Of a DNA stretch of 64,000 nt, positions 27,151 to 41,460 are shown piece after piece. Made by a program: the position numbers and the translations under genes. The stretch spans positions 53,196,001 through 53,260,000 of the forward strand of contig NC_043005.1 of assembly GCF_006345805.1 (NCBI RefSeq), written 5' to 3'. Below the pieces are notes generated by a model. It saw only the letters and a program-made list of their open reading frames with translations, did not search any database and was not told the origin of the DNA. The stretch comes from Octopus sinensis (Eukaryota). Positions within the stretch are counted from its first letter, which is position 1; every line of letters begins with the position of its first letter.

Positions 27151-27669
27151 GAAGTGTTGCCTAAACAGAGAAACACAAAACTCTAGATGTACACCACTGC
27201 AAACACTGGGAGAATTAATGTATTATTGACGTGGTCTAGTAGCCAGAGGATTTGGACAAAAAGTAATCTTTCCAGAAATCAAATGTAAGGCGAAATTGTT
27301 GGGAGAAAGGAAACAAACGTAGCTGATGGTTTAGGAGTCACTCCTTATCCCATCAATAAGTGATAGATAAATATTGCCCCTTCATTTGACTCCAGTATAT
27401 TGCTTAACTTCTATATACATATCAATGACATACATATATAAACACACACACATATATATATATAAACATTTATATACATATAGACAAACACACACACATA
27501 TTTCTTTGATACAAGAGAGAGGGAATTTATCTTTTACATTTGCACTAATTATAGTTGGAAAAACAAAACAGCAAAATTGATTATGTAATCTAAATAAATA
27601 ATTATTTTCACACGCATATTTATTAAAGATGATATCTATATGTAGTGTGTAAAAAAAGGGTAAAAAGTC

Positions 27670-27982
27670 CCTTCTGTCATGAATGACCATAGAAAGTTCT
27701 CCGAGACACAAGTCCGGGCAAGGTTGTTTACGGAAGACCAGCAGTCGCCCATGTATACCAGCTTCCCCTCTCTACGCTACCGATGTTACCCAAGAGAAAG
27801 TCAAAGGCCAGTACAGCTTGGCACCTGTGACGTCGCAACTCATTTCTGCAGCTGTGTGAACTGGAGCAACAGGATATAAAGTGCCTTGCCCAAGAGCACA
27901 ATACACAGCTCGGTCTTGGAATCGAACTCATTATCTCATGATTGTGAGCTAAAAGTTCTAAACACTGAGCCATGTGCCTTCA
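27670..27982 (-). mobile_element. SINE family E
   Basis: Alignable to 5690-6012; an internal fragment recurs at 28175-28272. Confidence 0.85.
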
Positions 27983-29078
27983 CGTGTAGTATCAATGGTC
28001 AAATTATTTGGCAAGAGCGCATCCTCCTCCTTCAGTCTTTTAGGCAGAGACTGACACTGTTTATTTAATGAACGTCTGTTGGTTCTGTTCTGAAACACCT
28101 GGTGTTGATGTTTTAATCTCTGCAGTAATTTCATTCGTCATTTGAAATTGCTAATTATATTCTATTTCGTTCAAAAGACCAGCAGTCGCCCGAGCATACC
28201 AGCTTCCCACATCAACGCTACCGATGTTACCCAAGGGAAAGTCAAAGGCCGATACAGCTTGGCACCAGTGACCGCTGAAGTGCATTGGTAAAACGCTAAA
28301 CTGCATCGGTTCTAAATCATAATATTTTTTCCAAGATTAAAAATGTTTGAAGACTTTTTGAGTCTAAAATTCACATTGTTTTCGTAATTCAATTTTTTTC
28401 TCTGTTTTCTTATAGGAATTTATTTAAGAAATATCTTTTAAAAAAATAACATGACTTATGGGAAATCAGTTCCATAATTAATCACACAGAAAAAGTTTAT
28501 TAGATAATGTTGGTATTTTGAATTGCTAAAAGAAAAAAAAACTTTCTTTTTAAAAATCAAACCTTTTCAGAATTTAAGAAATAAAAATGCTGAAATGTAA
28601 TATGGTATTTTTATCAAGTTTTATCAAGAATTTGGAGTCTGAACATTTTTACTTAAAGAAAACCGTTCATTTTTTTACATCTTGAAACAAACATGGACAC
28701 ATCCTCTTATAACTGGTTATCATTTTATGTACATCAAAGTATTTTTGGTGCTCTATGGTAGAAATATTTCGATCTGTTTGAGAGAAAAACGATAATAAAT
28801 AAATATATAAATGGAACAAATTGAAACAAATATACCTTTCCAGTGTAACTCTTATCTTCGGAATATTCTCTATCTTTTTTATATTTCTATTTCATATATG
28901 CACATTATTTGTTATTGCTTTTGTTTTTGCATAATAACAACACTGATAACACTTTTAATCTATGCTATACATACATACATGCATATATACATCTATGCAT
29001 ATATACACACATATATACATATACAGAGAGAGAGAGATGCGTGTATGTATGTATGTATATATGCATACATTCATACAT

Positions 29079-29189
<111 letters not shown>

Positions 29190-29202
29190 GATAGATAGAT
29201 TG

Positions 29203-29234
<32 letters not shown>

Positions 29235-29249
29235 TGAGTGATATATATA

Positions 29250-29520
<271 letters not shown>

Positions 29521-29639
29521 AGTGACAGAAGCACAAACAGAGAGAGGTGGATATAAACGTTAAGCGCAAATAAGACAATATTCAATATTAAAAGTAGTTT
29601 GATATAGTTTATTGACAGCTGAAATTTCATAAATCACTA

Positions 29640-31100
29640 CATCGTGATTCACACTGCCGACGACCGCACGATTATGAAAAACAAAAACCAGCCTTCTAGG
29701 AAGCGGATATTTATAGTAAATTGTATTTGTTCCCCCCCACAGAATTTCGGAGAGCAAGTGGTCCAGTGTTTTTCAGGCATGAAGGAGAGCAAGGCATGAC
29801 AGCCAGGCGGTAGTAGATGACGGATGCGATATATGCATTCAAAACTTCTATCGTAGAATGCAGTATCTTCCTCTCGATGAGATTGGCCACACTGCTCGTT
29901 ACCTATTCTCAATCCTTGACCACTTGGATGTCTGAATCAAAAGAAAATCTGAGCCATTGTACTGGTCAGTCTGTTTAGAGCACCATGCTGCTAATGAATG
30001 GCGAGGTGTCGGTCCAACTGCTGGTTAATTTTTACTCCTGTAACTATCTCGATTCCCTTAGTGTAATACCGATCACCTCGATGTGTTTCGTGTCCGTCAC
30101 TATTAGGGTATTGTTGTTCACGTATGCAAGCAGAGATCTTTCGCATCATAATTCTGGCTACTTGACCCTCAAAATCTCCAGCTTCTGCAGGGATCGCTCT
30201 TCAGTCAATACGTGTAGATTATTAGAGAGGTGGCAACTACCAAATGCAATTGTATATTGCAACAATTCAGCTTCTCAAAACGGGTCCGAAACCAGGCGCC
30301 TTGAAGACAGCTGCCAATGATTTATCTCGCAAACTTCAAGATCTTGACTAACTAGCCCATGTTACCTCTTCATCCAGCTATCACTTTTAGCATTTCTTCC
30401 GCAGTTATCTACCATTTACAAGACTCTACATCATTATCTGAAAGGGATACAGGTCTCTGAGGTAGGCGGTACAATCTGGTCTCGGTCTCAGCCCCCACTC
30501 CCTCCTAACACTTGAACGAAGTGTCACTGAAAATCCGCATAAATCTGTTTGGAAATGTGCCCCACGTGCCTCTCCCGATCCGTCAGTGACTAAATTGTGG
30601 CTTTGTTGCTCCGTTGCACATCTGTTTTCGGTGTTTGTCCGTGCTTATCAGCTTACTTTCCTTCAAGCTAGCTCTGACAACGTAAATGTCTTAGCTACGA
30701 TCCTGGCTTCATCGAACTGCTTTTTCTAGATGTAGGTTAGATGGCTTTCTTTGCAGAGGACTATTCCTACTTGTGCGTCCGTGGCTCTCACCAAACGACG
30801 AATTTTTAAACATGAACAACAATATATGACAGTTTCTCTTGCAGTTGCAATTAGAGTTTCAGGTGGGATGCAAGCTCAGTCCTTTTCCTTCAGTTCTCTT
30901 CATTCCCTTATCTTATAGCGAAAGACATTGGAGGCTACTCCAGCGAAGGCAGCTTTGCTATTTATAGTTGTTGCTGTCCTTGGTGGTGGTAGTGGTAGTG
31001 TTATTGGTTTATCCTCTTCCGGTGTTGCTTTGTGCCGCTGCTGTTGATTTGCTGTTGTCACTATTTTTAGAGTCATTCCTGTTTTTGATTTAGTATTACA
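29640..31100 (-). mobile_element. Tx1/L1-clade LINE remnant (ORF1-like low-complexity part to post-RT region), internally deleted
   Basis: ITAEEM (pre-RT), IVTDTKHIEVIG (after the YADD-like motif), EVLNAYIASVIYYRLAVMPC and EILWG. Confidence 0.7.
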
Positions 31101-31899
31101 ATTGTTTCTAACTTTGCTTTGCTTCTGCCCTTGATTTTTCTTCTGCGATTGCTTCTGGCTCTGTCGCTGTTACTGCTACCTCTGTTACCGTTATTGCAGT
31201 TGCTGCTCATATCGTTTCTGCAGTTGATACCATTGGCGCCTTTGCCGCTGCTGCTTTTGCCGTTTTTGGTTTTGTCATCTGCTACTTTTGTTACTTTTGT
31301 TGATATTTACGTTGTTGTTTTGACTATGATTGTCGTTTACGTTATGGCGCTGTGACAATTTGTTTTGAATTTTCAATATTCAAATATGAAAACACCTCTT
31401 ACCCACCTATGAGCATAATGCCGTCTATTCCATCATTGCTGCTGTTGCTGTTGTTACTTTTCGTCATGCTGTTGTTGTTATTGGTACTGTCATTTGTTGT
31501 TTTAGAAGAAGGGCAATTATTCGAACTATGAACTTTCAACGCTTAAAAATTCTTCTTCCTTTCCATGTATTGTACGTCTATTTGCGAGTCCCCTCCTATT
31601 CCTCTTCACAGTTTATTGAATGAGGAAGCCGACGGCTCCGTATTTATAATAATATAAGATTTTCAAAACAAATTTCTAGCAAATTTGAGGCCCTAAGGAG
31701 TAACAATCTGAGACCCTAAGGAGTAACAACAACTCCAACAACAGCGACCATACAAAATAACGATAACAGCAACGTAAGCAAAAATACCGTCAGAACACAA
31801 ACAAATAACATTATCAAAAACAACGACAACAACTACAATGGCAAAGCTTACTTCGTTGGAGTAGCTTCCAGAATTAAATATACCGTCTCTTACTACAAG

Positions 31900-32036
<137 letters not shown>

Positions 32037-32484
32037 ATGCCAATACACACAGATAGAGAAATTAAGGCCAAACGACCAGATATAGTTGTCAGAGATCATG
32101 AAGTAAAACAATGGCTTTCTAATTGATGTATCGATACCAGCAGATGACAAAGTTTCTCTAAAAGAAATTGAGAAACTTTCAAAATACAAAGACCTGGAAA
32201 TAGAGGCAACTCGAATGTGGAATCTAAAAACAGAAACAATTCCTATCATAGTAGACGCATTAGGTATGATAAAAAATATTCAGACAAATACATAACAAAA
32301 ACACCAGGACTTGCAAATATATATAACAAACAGAAAATAGCACTACTGGGCACTGCACACATCCTAGGCAAAACACTTTCAATACAGTAACCATCAGAGC
32401 ATCACAACAAATCACAGCACATACCCAAGGCACACAGAGCTGCGCTCGGTAGTGAAGTGAAAGCACGCTATAAAAATAAAACTA

Positions 32485-32487
<3 letters not shown>
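32037..32487 (+). mobile_element. R4/Dong-type LINE 3' end with complete 3' UTR, embedded in (AAT)n
   Basis: TDREIKAKRPDIVVRD..LIDVSIPADDKVSLKEIEKLSKYKDLEIE..ALGMIK..QKIALLGTAHIL; (AAT)n on both sides. Confidence 0.95.
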
Positions 32488-32545
<58 letters not shown>

Positions 32546-32561
32546 TAATAATAATAATAAT

Positions 32562-32751
32562 GATCCTTTCTACTATAGGCACAAGGCCTGAAATTTTAGT
32601 AGAAGGGGCAAGTCGATTACACCAACCCCAGTACTCAACTAGTACTTAATTTATCGACCGCGAAAGGATGAAAGGCAAAGTTGACCTCGGCGGAATTTGA
32701 ACTCTGAGCATTTCGCCCGGCGTGCTAACGATTCTGCTAGCTCACCCACCT

Positions 32752-32752
<1 letters not shown>
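32562..32752 (-). mobile_element. SINE family A, tail type 2
   Basis: Head, core and GCCTATAGTAGAAAGGATC(ATT)n tail. Confidence 0.9.
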
Positions 32753-32824
<72 letters not shown>

Positions 32825-33768
32825 GAGTAAGAAGAAAAAGGAGTAAAAAAGAAAGAAGAAACTAATGCAGAACAAATTGATTATAGATAAAGATATTATT
32901 ATAGTAATATATTGCTATTGCGGTTTCTTGGCTTCACTTGTTAATATTTGCTGAAGCTACGAAATGATTGCGCATATGTAAACGTATCACTTATACGTAT
33001 AACAGACAAATGTCTGTCTCTGACTGCTTGTCTCGATATTTTGCATTAAAATAGATTTTGTCAGGATGATGATTAAAAAAAAAGAATCATGTACCGCGTT
33101 TCCAACGCAAGGAAACTACGCACACGCGCGTGCACACACACGCACGCATGCAAACGCGTGTGTTGTGTATGTGAACGTATGTGTGTATTAATGCTTTTTA
33201 ATTCATCATTGTCGTTATATTATAATTTCATAAGCTATCAATTCATTTTAGCTTTCTAAATTTTGGCACAAATGTCAATATCTTTGACATTTTATTTATA
33301 CATTTTTGACTTAATTCGTATTTTATCTCCAGCGCTTCGGTTTTTTTTGAAAAATATATAACGAAAATGTATTCAAATTTAGATTGATATAGTTTTTTTT
33401 TTCTTTCTATATTATATGATAATATGGGAGTGAATTAAAGCAAAATGGCGTATTATATAAAATGACAACCAGAAATACAATGAGTGTGGATTTTTTTTTT
33501 TCCAAAATAAACAAGCTAAATAACATAATATGGAAATGATTTAGATACAAGTAAATGTAGAAAGTGGACAAAAATTTTTAATGTTATCATTAAGAGCTTC
33601 AAAATTAGTGAAAATTGTGGGCGTCGCAAAATGTTTATGCTTTTGCGGCTTATCCAAAGTTGGCTAATTCTGGTGCGAGCATAAGATGTTTCTATCATCT
33701 TTATACATATTTGCAAGGCAACGAAGAAGTAGAAATGGAAGTATATATTCTATATTTCAGTCTGAATA

Positions 33769-33985
33769 AGGCGGCGAGCTGGCAGAATCGTTAGCACGCC
33801 GGGCAAAATGCTTAGCAGTATGTCGTCTGTCTTTAGGTTCTGAGTTCAAATTCCTCCAGGTTGACTTTGCCTTTCATCCTTTCGAGGTCGATAAATTAAG
33901 TACAATTTGCGTACTAGAGTCGATCTAATCGACTGGCTCCTTCCCCCAAAATTTTGGGCCTTGTGCCCAGTGTAAAAAAGAATAT
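33769..33985 (+). mobile_element. SINE family A, tail type 2
   Basis: GGCGGCGAGCTGGCAGAATCG..GAGTTCAAATTCC..TTTCATCCTTTCG..GGCCTTGTGCC. Confidence 0.9.
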
Positions 33986-34179
33986 TTCAGTCTGAATGTG
34001 GTTGATTTCTGGTTGGGGCACAAAAACTAATTTTGAGGATAGAGGTTTTGTCGAAATCACGTCTTTGAAACGAAGGATGAAAATATGAAGTGGAACACAT
34101 TTCACCTTCCTTACATCAAACATTGGATGGTTGATTAACCCATTTACCGAATTAATACCATTACCTAGCGTGCCTTCAG

Positions 34180-34330
34180 AGACCCGCACTCTGCCGGACG
34201 TCTTTGGGTCAGGTTGCTGAGTTAAGTGGAATTAGTATCCTATCACTCTTCCACCAGTCCAAAGAGTATCGAAAAGGGTCATAGCCAATGGCTTTCTCCT
34301 CAAAATATAAGACATATAAAATATGATGAA
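34180..34330 (-). mobile_element. Possible hAT transposase dimerisation-domain remnant
   Basis: SLDWWKSDRILIP followed by a frameshifted PA.SA.SE-like segment. Confidence 0.3.
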
Positions 34331-34878
34331 GATATTCTTATACAGCGTGTAAGGTTCAGTAGACTAATGAGTTTGACACAGATAAGAACGAATGGCAAGA
34401 GAGGATTAACTCGTGACGAGTTTCTAAAATTTCATATATTCTGGACAAATCCTTATGGAATCACAAGTTTGAGAAGGAGTGAAAATACTTAAACCAATGC
34501 TTCTCAAGTTCATTACTATTGTCTCAAAGTTGCAACTATCTGTTCTCCGTCAGCTATTCTTTCAGCAGATTCATGATAAGTACATTTAGCACATGAATTG
34601 ATAAATTTAGTTAGTATATGTAAACGTATTAAGTCTGAATAAGAAAGACTCAAAACGATCAACAACTAGGGGATTGCAATTTCGATTCTTGTTACGATTA
34701 ATAGTTTGTTTCTGTATTACTAAAATTAGAATAAATGTATTTGCATGCGCTGAATTGATCAATTCATTCATTGTTTGGTATCTTCTATAATTATTATACG
34801 TCATTTAATGTCACGTCTGCACAATTGATTGTCCTTAGAGAGAGAGGTGTGGAAGAGACAAAGAGAAGGGGAAGAGAT

Positions 34879-34942
<64 letters not shown>

Positions 34943-35711
34943 GAAAAGATTGATATAATTTCTGTATATAGGTGAAAACTACATGATTTCTATTATTTCG
35001 TACACCAGATATATAAAATATAATTACCGCCATAATCCAATCTGATTTATTCTGTTCATGATTTCATCGTTATTATTTATACACGACAACAGCTGAATAT
35101 GAGAGTCATGTAATATGGAGTTTATATGCTGAGATAGAGAGTAAAATGCTTTGTGCTATATAGCTATTATATGATCTTCTGCAAAGCAAGCATATTTGCT
35201 TGCGTTTGATTAACTGACGAACACGTTTTCAGACACTAAATTGAGTAGTTACCAATATGAAGGACAATCAGCTGTAAAAGTAATTATTCTCAAAATCAAA
35301 CATTTAGCTCCTCACATACAAATCATATAGATTTTATATTGTTAAACCAATTATGCCTTGTATAATTACCAACCAATTAAATCGATATGACGGATGTGAT
35401 GCAGCCATGATAAGGTAATAATAACTTAGCAAGCTGGTAAACATCTATACTATATAAGTACTTGTGTCGTACACATATACATACAAACATTACCTGTCTA
35501 TCCATCAATCAATTTAATTAATCAATCAATCTATCAATCAATCTATCTGTTTGTCTATCTGTCTGTCTGTCTCTCTCTGTCTATCTATCTATCGATTATA
35601 TATGTATGTGTGAGTACACATATACATATATGCACATACATATAAACATATATACGTACATACATACACACACACACACACACATATATATATATGTTTA
35701 TATGTATATGC

Positions 35712-35755
<44 letters not shown>

Positions 35756-35798
35756 ATAAATATATATGTTCATGTGTAAATGCATATATATATATATA

Positions 35799-36215
35799 TG
35801 TTCAGTAAAATTTAGATTCAGATGAATATGGTACTTAAGTTAAAGGCACCAGAATTTAGTATGGTATTATCCATATAATTCAAAATGGGGTGATTATAAT
35901 CAAAATAAACAACAAGCATATCCAGAGGTAATGCAGTACGATCGTTTCATGCGACTCCATTTAATTGAACAATGCAAACATTACATCACATATATATATA
36001 TGTTTATATGTATATGCACATATATATATGTTCAGTAAAATTTAGCCGATGAATATGGTACTTAATTTAAAGGCACCAGAATTTAGTATGGTATTATCCA
36101 TATAATTCGAAACGGGATGATTATAATTAAAATAAGCAACAAGGATATCCAGAGGTAATGCAGTACGATCGTTTTATGCGACTCCATTTAATTGAACAAT
36201 GCAAACGTTACATCA
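35799..36215. repeat. Tandem duplication, two copies of about 190 bp with a 230-bp period
   Basis: 35799-35988 and 36029-36215 align end to end with scattered substitutions. Confidence 0.95.
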
Positions 36216-36424
36216 ATTTAAAATGTAGACCAATCTTCAGCTACATAAAAATATAGAATTTAGTTAAATTCGAAAGACTCATATATACACACACTCACTC
36301 ATATATATTTGTATACACATATGCACGTATATATACACACATACGCACACACACTCACACATATATATATTGATATACCCACATACATATACATACGCAA
36401 ACATACATGCATACACATTTACAC

Positions 36425-36715
36425 AAAAACAGACCGTACTACCTAGAGTGGTATGGTCAAAACTGGTACGCAGCATTTTGAGGATTAGCGGAGTAGACTT
36501 CGCGAAGAAAAGCAGAGACAGCTCAAGGAACGTCAGCAAAATCCTAGACGAGCTCATCTTCATCGGAGCCCATTTCGCTACTCTCTGTGTAATCGGACTT
36601 GTGCCTCCAGAATCGGCCTTTTCAACCACGAGAGGGCCTGCCAACACCATCAAAGCAATCCCTAAAGATCAAAGACGACGTCGTCATCTGTCAAGAAGGA
36701 CTGCCTTAAGCAAAT
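36425..36715 (+). mobile_element. RTE-clade LINE 3' end
   Basis: CNRTCASRIGLFNHERAC is the C-terminal C..C.SRIGL.SH.R motif of RTE/BovB ORFs; short 3' UTR. Confidence 0.85.
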
Positions 36716-36994
36716 AAGCAATAGGTTACTATAGGAATTTTAACTAAATATTTCAGAGGAGTATGTTTAATCAAATTTACTGTAAAATCGATATACACCG
36801 CCACTAATATTAGATATACCTTATATTTACAGTATTAAATTAGTCTTTATACTTATTTATTATATTAAACCCGAAAAAACTGCATTATACCAGAAATATT
36901 GATCAATTTAAATATATGAATATCTTTAATATATATGCAATTATTAATAATTACTATAAAACCTAATGATAAGTATCAAATGTCCATTTTGATG

Positions 36995-37400
36995 CATGCA
37001 CGCAAGAGGATCTCATTTCTATTTTGATATTTAAAGGATATCTAGAAAATTATGTCAAATACAACTTCTAAACAAAGAAGGCAGAAAGAGTTTCCAGGTT
37101 TATAATCAGTAGCCTTGCTTATAATTTCCCACTCCAAAGAAAAGCATTTTTTCTTGTCCTTTAAGTCCCAAATATATTTACTAAGGCTAGTGGAAGAAGA
37201 TATGTTTCTATTACTAAGGTTTTAAATAAGTCTAGAAAATATGGCTTTACAGAGATTCAAAATCTCACAACCAGTAGTAAGTGTTATTGAACGCTTAACC
37301 AATGCTTCATACATCACTTTACTCTTTAGGAGTGATAAGGAGCAAATTGAGTTTGATACTGCACACTAACAAAAACATATCTTTCATGGCTATAACCTTT
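36995..37400 (-). mobile_element. Penelope-like element GIY-YIG endonuclease C-terminal remnant
   Basis: KVMYEALV..STSLSKYIWDLKDKKN..EWEIISKATDYKPGNSFCLLCLE..RNEIL..CMH. Confidence 0.85.
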
Positions 37401-37492
37401 TGGTGCTGCTCTACGTCCTTTGGTTAAAGAGTCTATCATAACTCATCGCAAAATATGGTGCCTAGAGAAATGGGTACAGAAGTATCTTCCAT

Positions 37493-37527
<35 letters not shown>

Positions 37528-37948
37528 CAGGTATGTACCGTGAGTAATTACTCAGGCTAGGCAGTTAGTGAAGATTATGTAGTAAAACACATAAAAAAAT
37601 AAACGAAACACAGGCGTGCGACTGAGTTGTAAGCAGATTGACTTCTGCATTTATAGCGCGTAAAGAAAATGTTGTTGAAATGTACGCATCGCATGTACTA
37701 CAGCAGTACTATGTGTAGTTTTGATACTGAGATTGAACGGTAGGAGCGAATTATGCCTTCCTAATCGACGAAAATATAAACTATTTCGCATTTTATGCGT
37801 AATAATCAATAAACTTCATAATTTTATTGAATTAGGTGCATATTTTTCCATAATACGAAAATACTACTATAAATCTATTTCATTCAGGGTAGGCACTGCC
37901 TACCTTGCCTACCCAGGTGGCAGGTCACTAATATATAATTATGTGTTC

Positions 37949-38002
<54 letters not shown>

Positions 38003-38003
38003 T

Positions 38004-38034
<31 letters not shown>

Positions 38035-38139
38035 GTGTGTGTGCGCGTGTGTGTGCGTATAGCATCTCCCAAAGTCACTGAAGAGTCGCAATCTTTGATA
38101 ATCCTTTTATTTTTCTACCATTTTCTTTTATTTTCCGGG

Positions 38140-38855
38140 ATTTTATGGACTAGAGCCTGGAAATTATTTATCGAAGAATATGGCACCTCAAACTAGCCAA
38201 GTGGTAAAATTGTTCTATGAAAATCAAGGGTCTATTATTCAAACCTAGAGAGCACCAGAGAAAATTGCACGCCATAAAGTGTACAGTATGGTGTGCAATT
38301 ACGGTGGATGAGATAATCTAGCCTTATTTCTTTGAGGAAAATGATGGAAATGCTGTCTTTGTGACTAGTGAGCGGTACAGCACTATGATCAAGGGCTTTT
38401 TGCGCCCGGCCATTCAAAACAGGCCCGATATGTGGTTCCAGGCAGATGGGGCAACTGCTCATATTGCTAGAGAGATAAACAGTTGCTGAGCAATGTTTTG
38501 TAGAAAGAATCATCTCTTGTGACTGCGATATCAACTGGCCATCGCGTTCCTCAGACTTGACCAGTCTGATTTCTTCTTGTGGGAGTAACTCAAGAAGAAA
38601 GTTTTTGTCAACAAACCAGAAAACCCGGAGCAACTGAAGAAGAATATCACTAGAAAAATCAGGAAACTGAAACCTGAATCCCTTACATCTATCATGGAAC
38701 ATATTTTTGGAAAGGGCACTGATTCGTGAAGGTGAAAATGGACGTCATTTAAAACATGTCGATTTTCATACGTAATGCAAAGGTATAATGAAAAAGGATT
38801 AAAGCAAATTAATTTCCATTATTTCCTCTATATTGAATTAAAATTTCATACACCG
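38140..38855 (+). mobile_element. Tc1/mariner transposase pseudogene, DD41D (rosa-type)-like, internally deleted
   Basis: KCTVWCAI..PYFFEE..VTSERY..WFQADGATAH..INWPSRSSDLT..DFFLWE; the 2nd and 3rd D codons (38445, 38568) are 123 nt apart with frameshifts, about 40-41 residues; TIRs not located. Confidence 0.88.
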
Positions 38856-38994
38856 ACACATACATACATACATACATACATACATACATACATACATACA
38901 TACATACATACATACATGCATATATATCTATCGCCATATATATCTATCGTTAGCCACTACACATATTTTTTCTCTCCGTGTTTTTTTCTCTCTT

Positions 38995-39135
38995 TGTTTT
39001 TTCTGTGACCCTTTCTGTAGAAGAGCGTAGGCTCGAAACGTAAAAGACCTTTTCTATTCCTGAGCGTTATACTAATACATCTGTTTGTTTTGTACCCCAC
39101 CTATCTTCGTCTTTTGGGGTTTTTTTTTCGTAAAT
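38995..39135 (+). mobile_element. Short non-coding repeat, family G, with hammerhead-like motif
   Basis: Homologous to 9005-9180; ends at (TA)n. Confidence 0.75.
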
Positions 39136-40051
39136 TATCCCTATATATATATAGGCTTGTGAGCTGTTTTTATATCATATGATTTCTCTTTGTTGAAGGC
39201 CAAACTTCACCAATAAGATCACTAATCAAAGGCGTATAAACTGTGACTATACGGGTTTTCATTCTGACATAATGTATGTAAAACAGTGCAGTATGATTTT
39301 GAGGGAGATTCGATATCTTTTTCTAGCTGGTGGTGCAAATTAAGCATATGCTACCTAATTGGCACGTTTAGCTTCACCACACCACAGGGAGATTTGCAAA
39401 CGCTAATCTCAGATCTCTTCACACAACACGCTTCATAAAGATATAAAAAATGCAACGTTCTACCGACTGAATCAAGTGAACAAACTTTTCACGTTAATTT
39501 CTTCAACAATACAATACATGATATACGTTGTTGCTTCAGTGGCACATTTAAACCTTCACATGATTATTCCCATGTTTCTTTGTGGACTTATGAAAGTAAT
39601 ATTCTCATGAAATGAATTGTACGCAATCTGATTGTGAAGTGCTGCGCAAATTTACGTTATCTCCACTCAGTTTCGCTCCAGTTCTAACGCCACGCAGAAG
39701 ATTGAATTGTTGTTGGACTCGTCTGTGGAACGTTCCGGATAATAATGTGTTTTAATTCTTGTTAGCTATTGCTAAACATTGTACAGTGAAATTAGAGATT
39801 AAAAAACAAAATTCCATCATTTTCTGCTGGTTACTAAGGAAAAGATTTCAAATAAGAGGTGCAAAGCCTTCTGACTGATCAACGTATTAGAAATGTGATA
39901 CGTAATCATATCGAAATTGTTACTTCCATTGCTTGTTAGCACGTTCTTTTCTCTTATGGGATGTCTTTTGAAAAGTAGTTTCTCAACGAGATTGAAGATT
40001 TTTTTTAAAAAACAAGTAACGCAATCTTAAGTGTATTTATGTGTATGTGCG

Positions 40052-40103
<52 letters not shown>

Positions 40104-40119
40104 TGTGTATGTATATGTT

Positions 40120-40151
<32 letters not shown>

Positions 40152-40419
40152 TTTATTTATTTATATATTCATATATACATATATGTATATATGTATGTAT
40201 TTCTTATTCTTTTACTTGTTTCAGACAGTTGACTGCGGCCATGCTATATATATATTTATGTATATACACGTATATACATACACATTCGAACACATATATA
40301 CATACTTGCACACCACACATACTTAAGTACACATTATGATTTTTTATAAAAACATAATTAACTAATATAATTAAAGATTCATCTCTGCGGTTAAATAAAT
40401 TTGGCAAGATTTGGTCATT

Positions 40420-40600
40420 TTAGCAACTACCCTTGATTTTTGTCCGAGTATTTGTCTTTCAGACTGCAAAATGGAATTTTAAAAAAGCAATACCCAATGT
40501 TGTCACAATTATATTTCCAAATTCATCTATTTCTGGTTGACTGTTTTGTTTTGAATATATTTTAAAGCTCCAGCCTAGAATTTTCTAAAGGAGAAAGAGA
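40420..40600 (+). mobile_element. MULE/Mutator transposase remnant
   Basis: LDFCPSICLSD..FKKAIPNVVTIIFPNSSISG*LF resembles DFE.A..NA...FP...I.GC.FH. Confidence 0.5.
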
Positions 40601-40951
40601 GCCACGTACAGAAGAGGGAAAGCAGCTGTTCTTATAGTATTTAGGAATCAGGAGTGTTTTGCAAGGTCCAACAACAATGTGGTAAAAAGGTTTTAGCAAT
40701 GGCTTGAGATCATCTTTAACATATATACAATCAAATTCATACAGAAATGTCGGTGGTAGAATTAAAAAATATATATATAGTTATGTTGATTTTTGTTGAG
40801 GACTTTTATTTATTTTAAATATGTGAAGGGGAATTCAGTTTCCAACGATAACGGAAATATACTTGAGGTTTATATACAATCATCCAACATTCTGACTACC
40901 TTATTATTCTATATATATATATATATGTGTGTGTGCGTGTGTGTATGTATG

Positions 40952-41008
<57 letters not shown>

Positions 41009-41044
41009 GTGTGTGTGTGTAAGTAAGATATATATCTTACTTGT

Positions 41045-41278
41045 GCCAATCATTTGACATCGGCCAAGCTGGGGCAACGCCTTGGAGGTTCTTAGTCGAA
41101 CAAATCGATCCCAGCACTTATGTTTTAAAGCCTAGTACTTATTCTATCGGTGTTTTTTGCTGAACTGCTAAGTTACTGCTAGTAAACGTACTAGCATCTG
41201 CTGTCAAGCGGTTAGGAGCACAAGCACAGATACAAAGAGACACACACACGCACACACATAGATACATACACACACACA

Positions 41279-41317
<39 letters not shown>

Positions 41318-41460
41318 GACGGACTTCTTTCAATTTCCGGCCAGCAAATCCACTCACAAGATTTTGGACCTCCTGAGGCTATAACGGAAGACATCTGCGC
41401 AATGTACTACGGAGTGGGACTGAACCTGGAACCATGTGGTTGGGACGCAAGCTTCTTACT
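41045..41460 (-). mobile_element. SINE family B (degenerate)
   Basis: Alignable to 19497-19907. Confidence 0.85.

Noticed and set aside
31119-31355. Leu-rich ORF
   Set aside because: Low-complexity sequence antisense to the 5' part of the Tx1 remnant.
31687-31729. 20-bp direct repeat as a target-site duplication
   Set aside because: The copies are 3 bp apart with no insert, so it is a simple tandem slip.
35799-36215. CRISPR-like array
   Set aside because: Eukaryotic context, two long units and no repeat-spacer periodicity.
39480-39760. hAT (Charlie-like) transposase remnant on the minus strand
   Set aside because: Only vague motif echoes; too decayed to support without a profile search.
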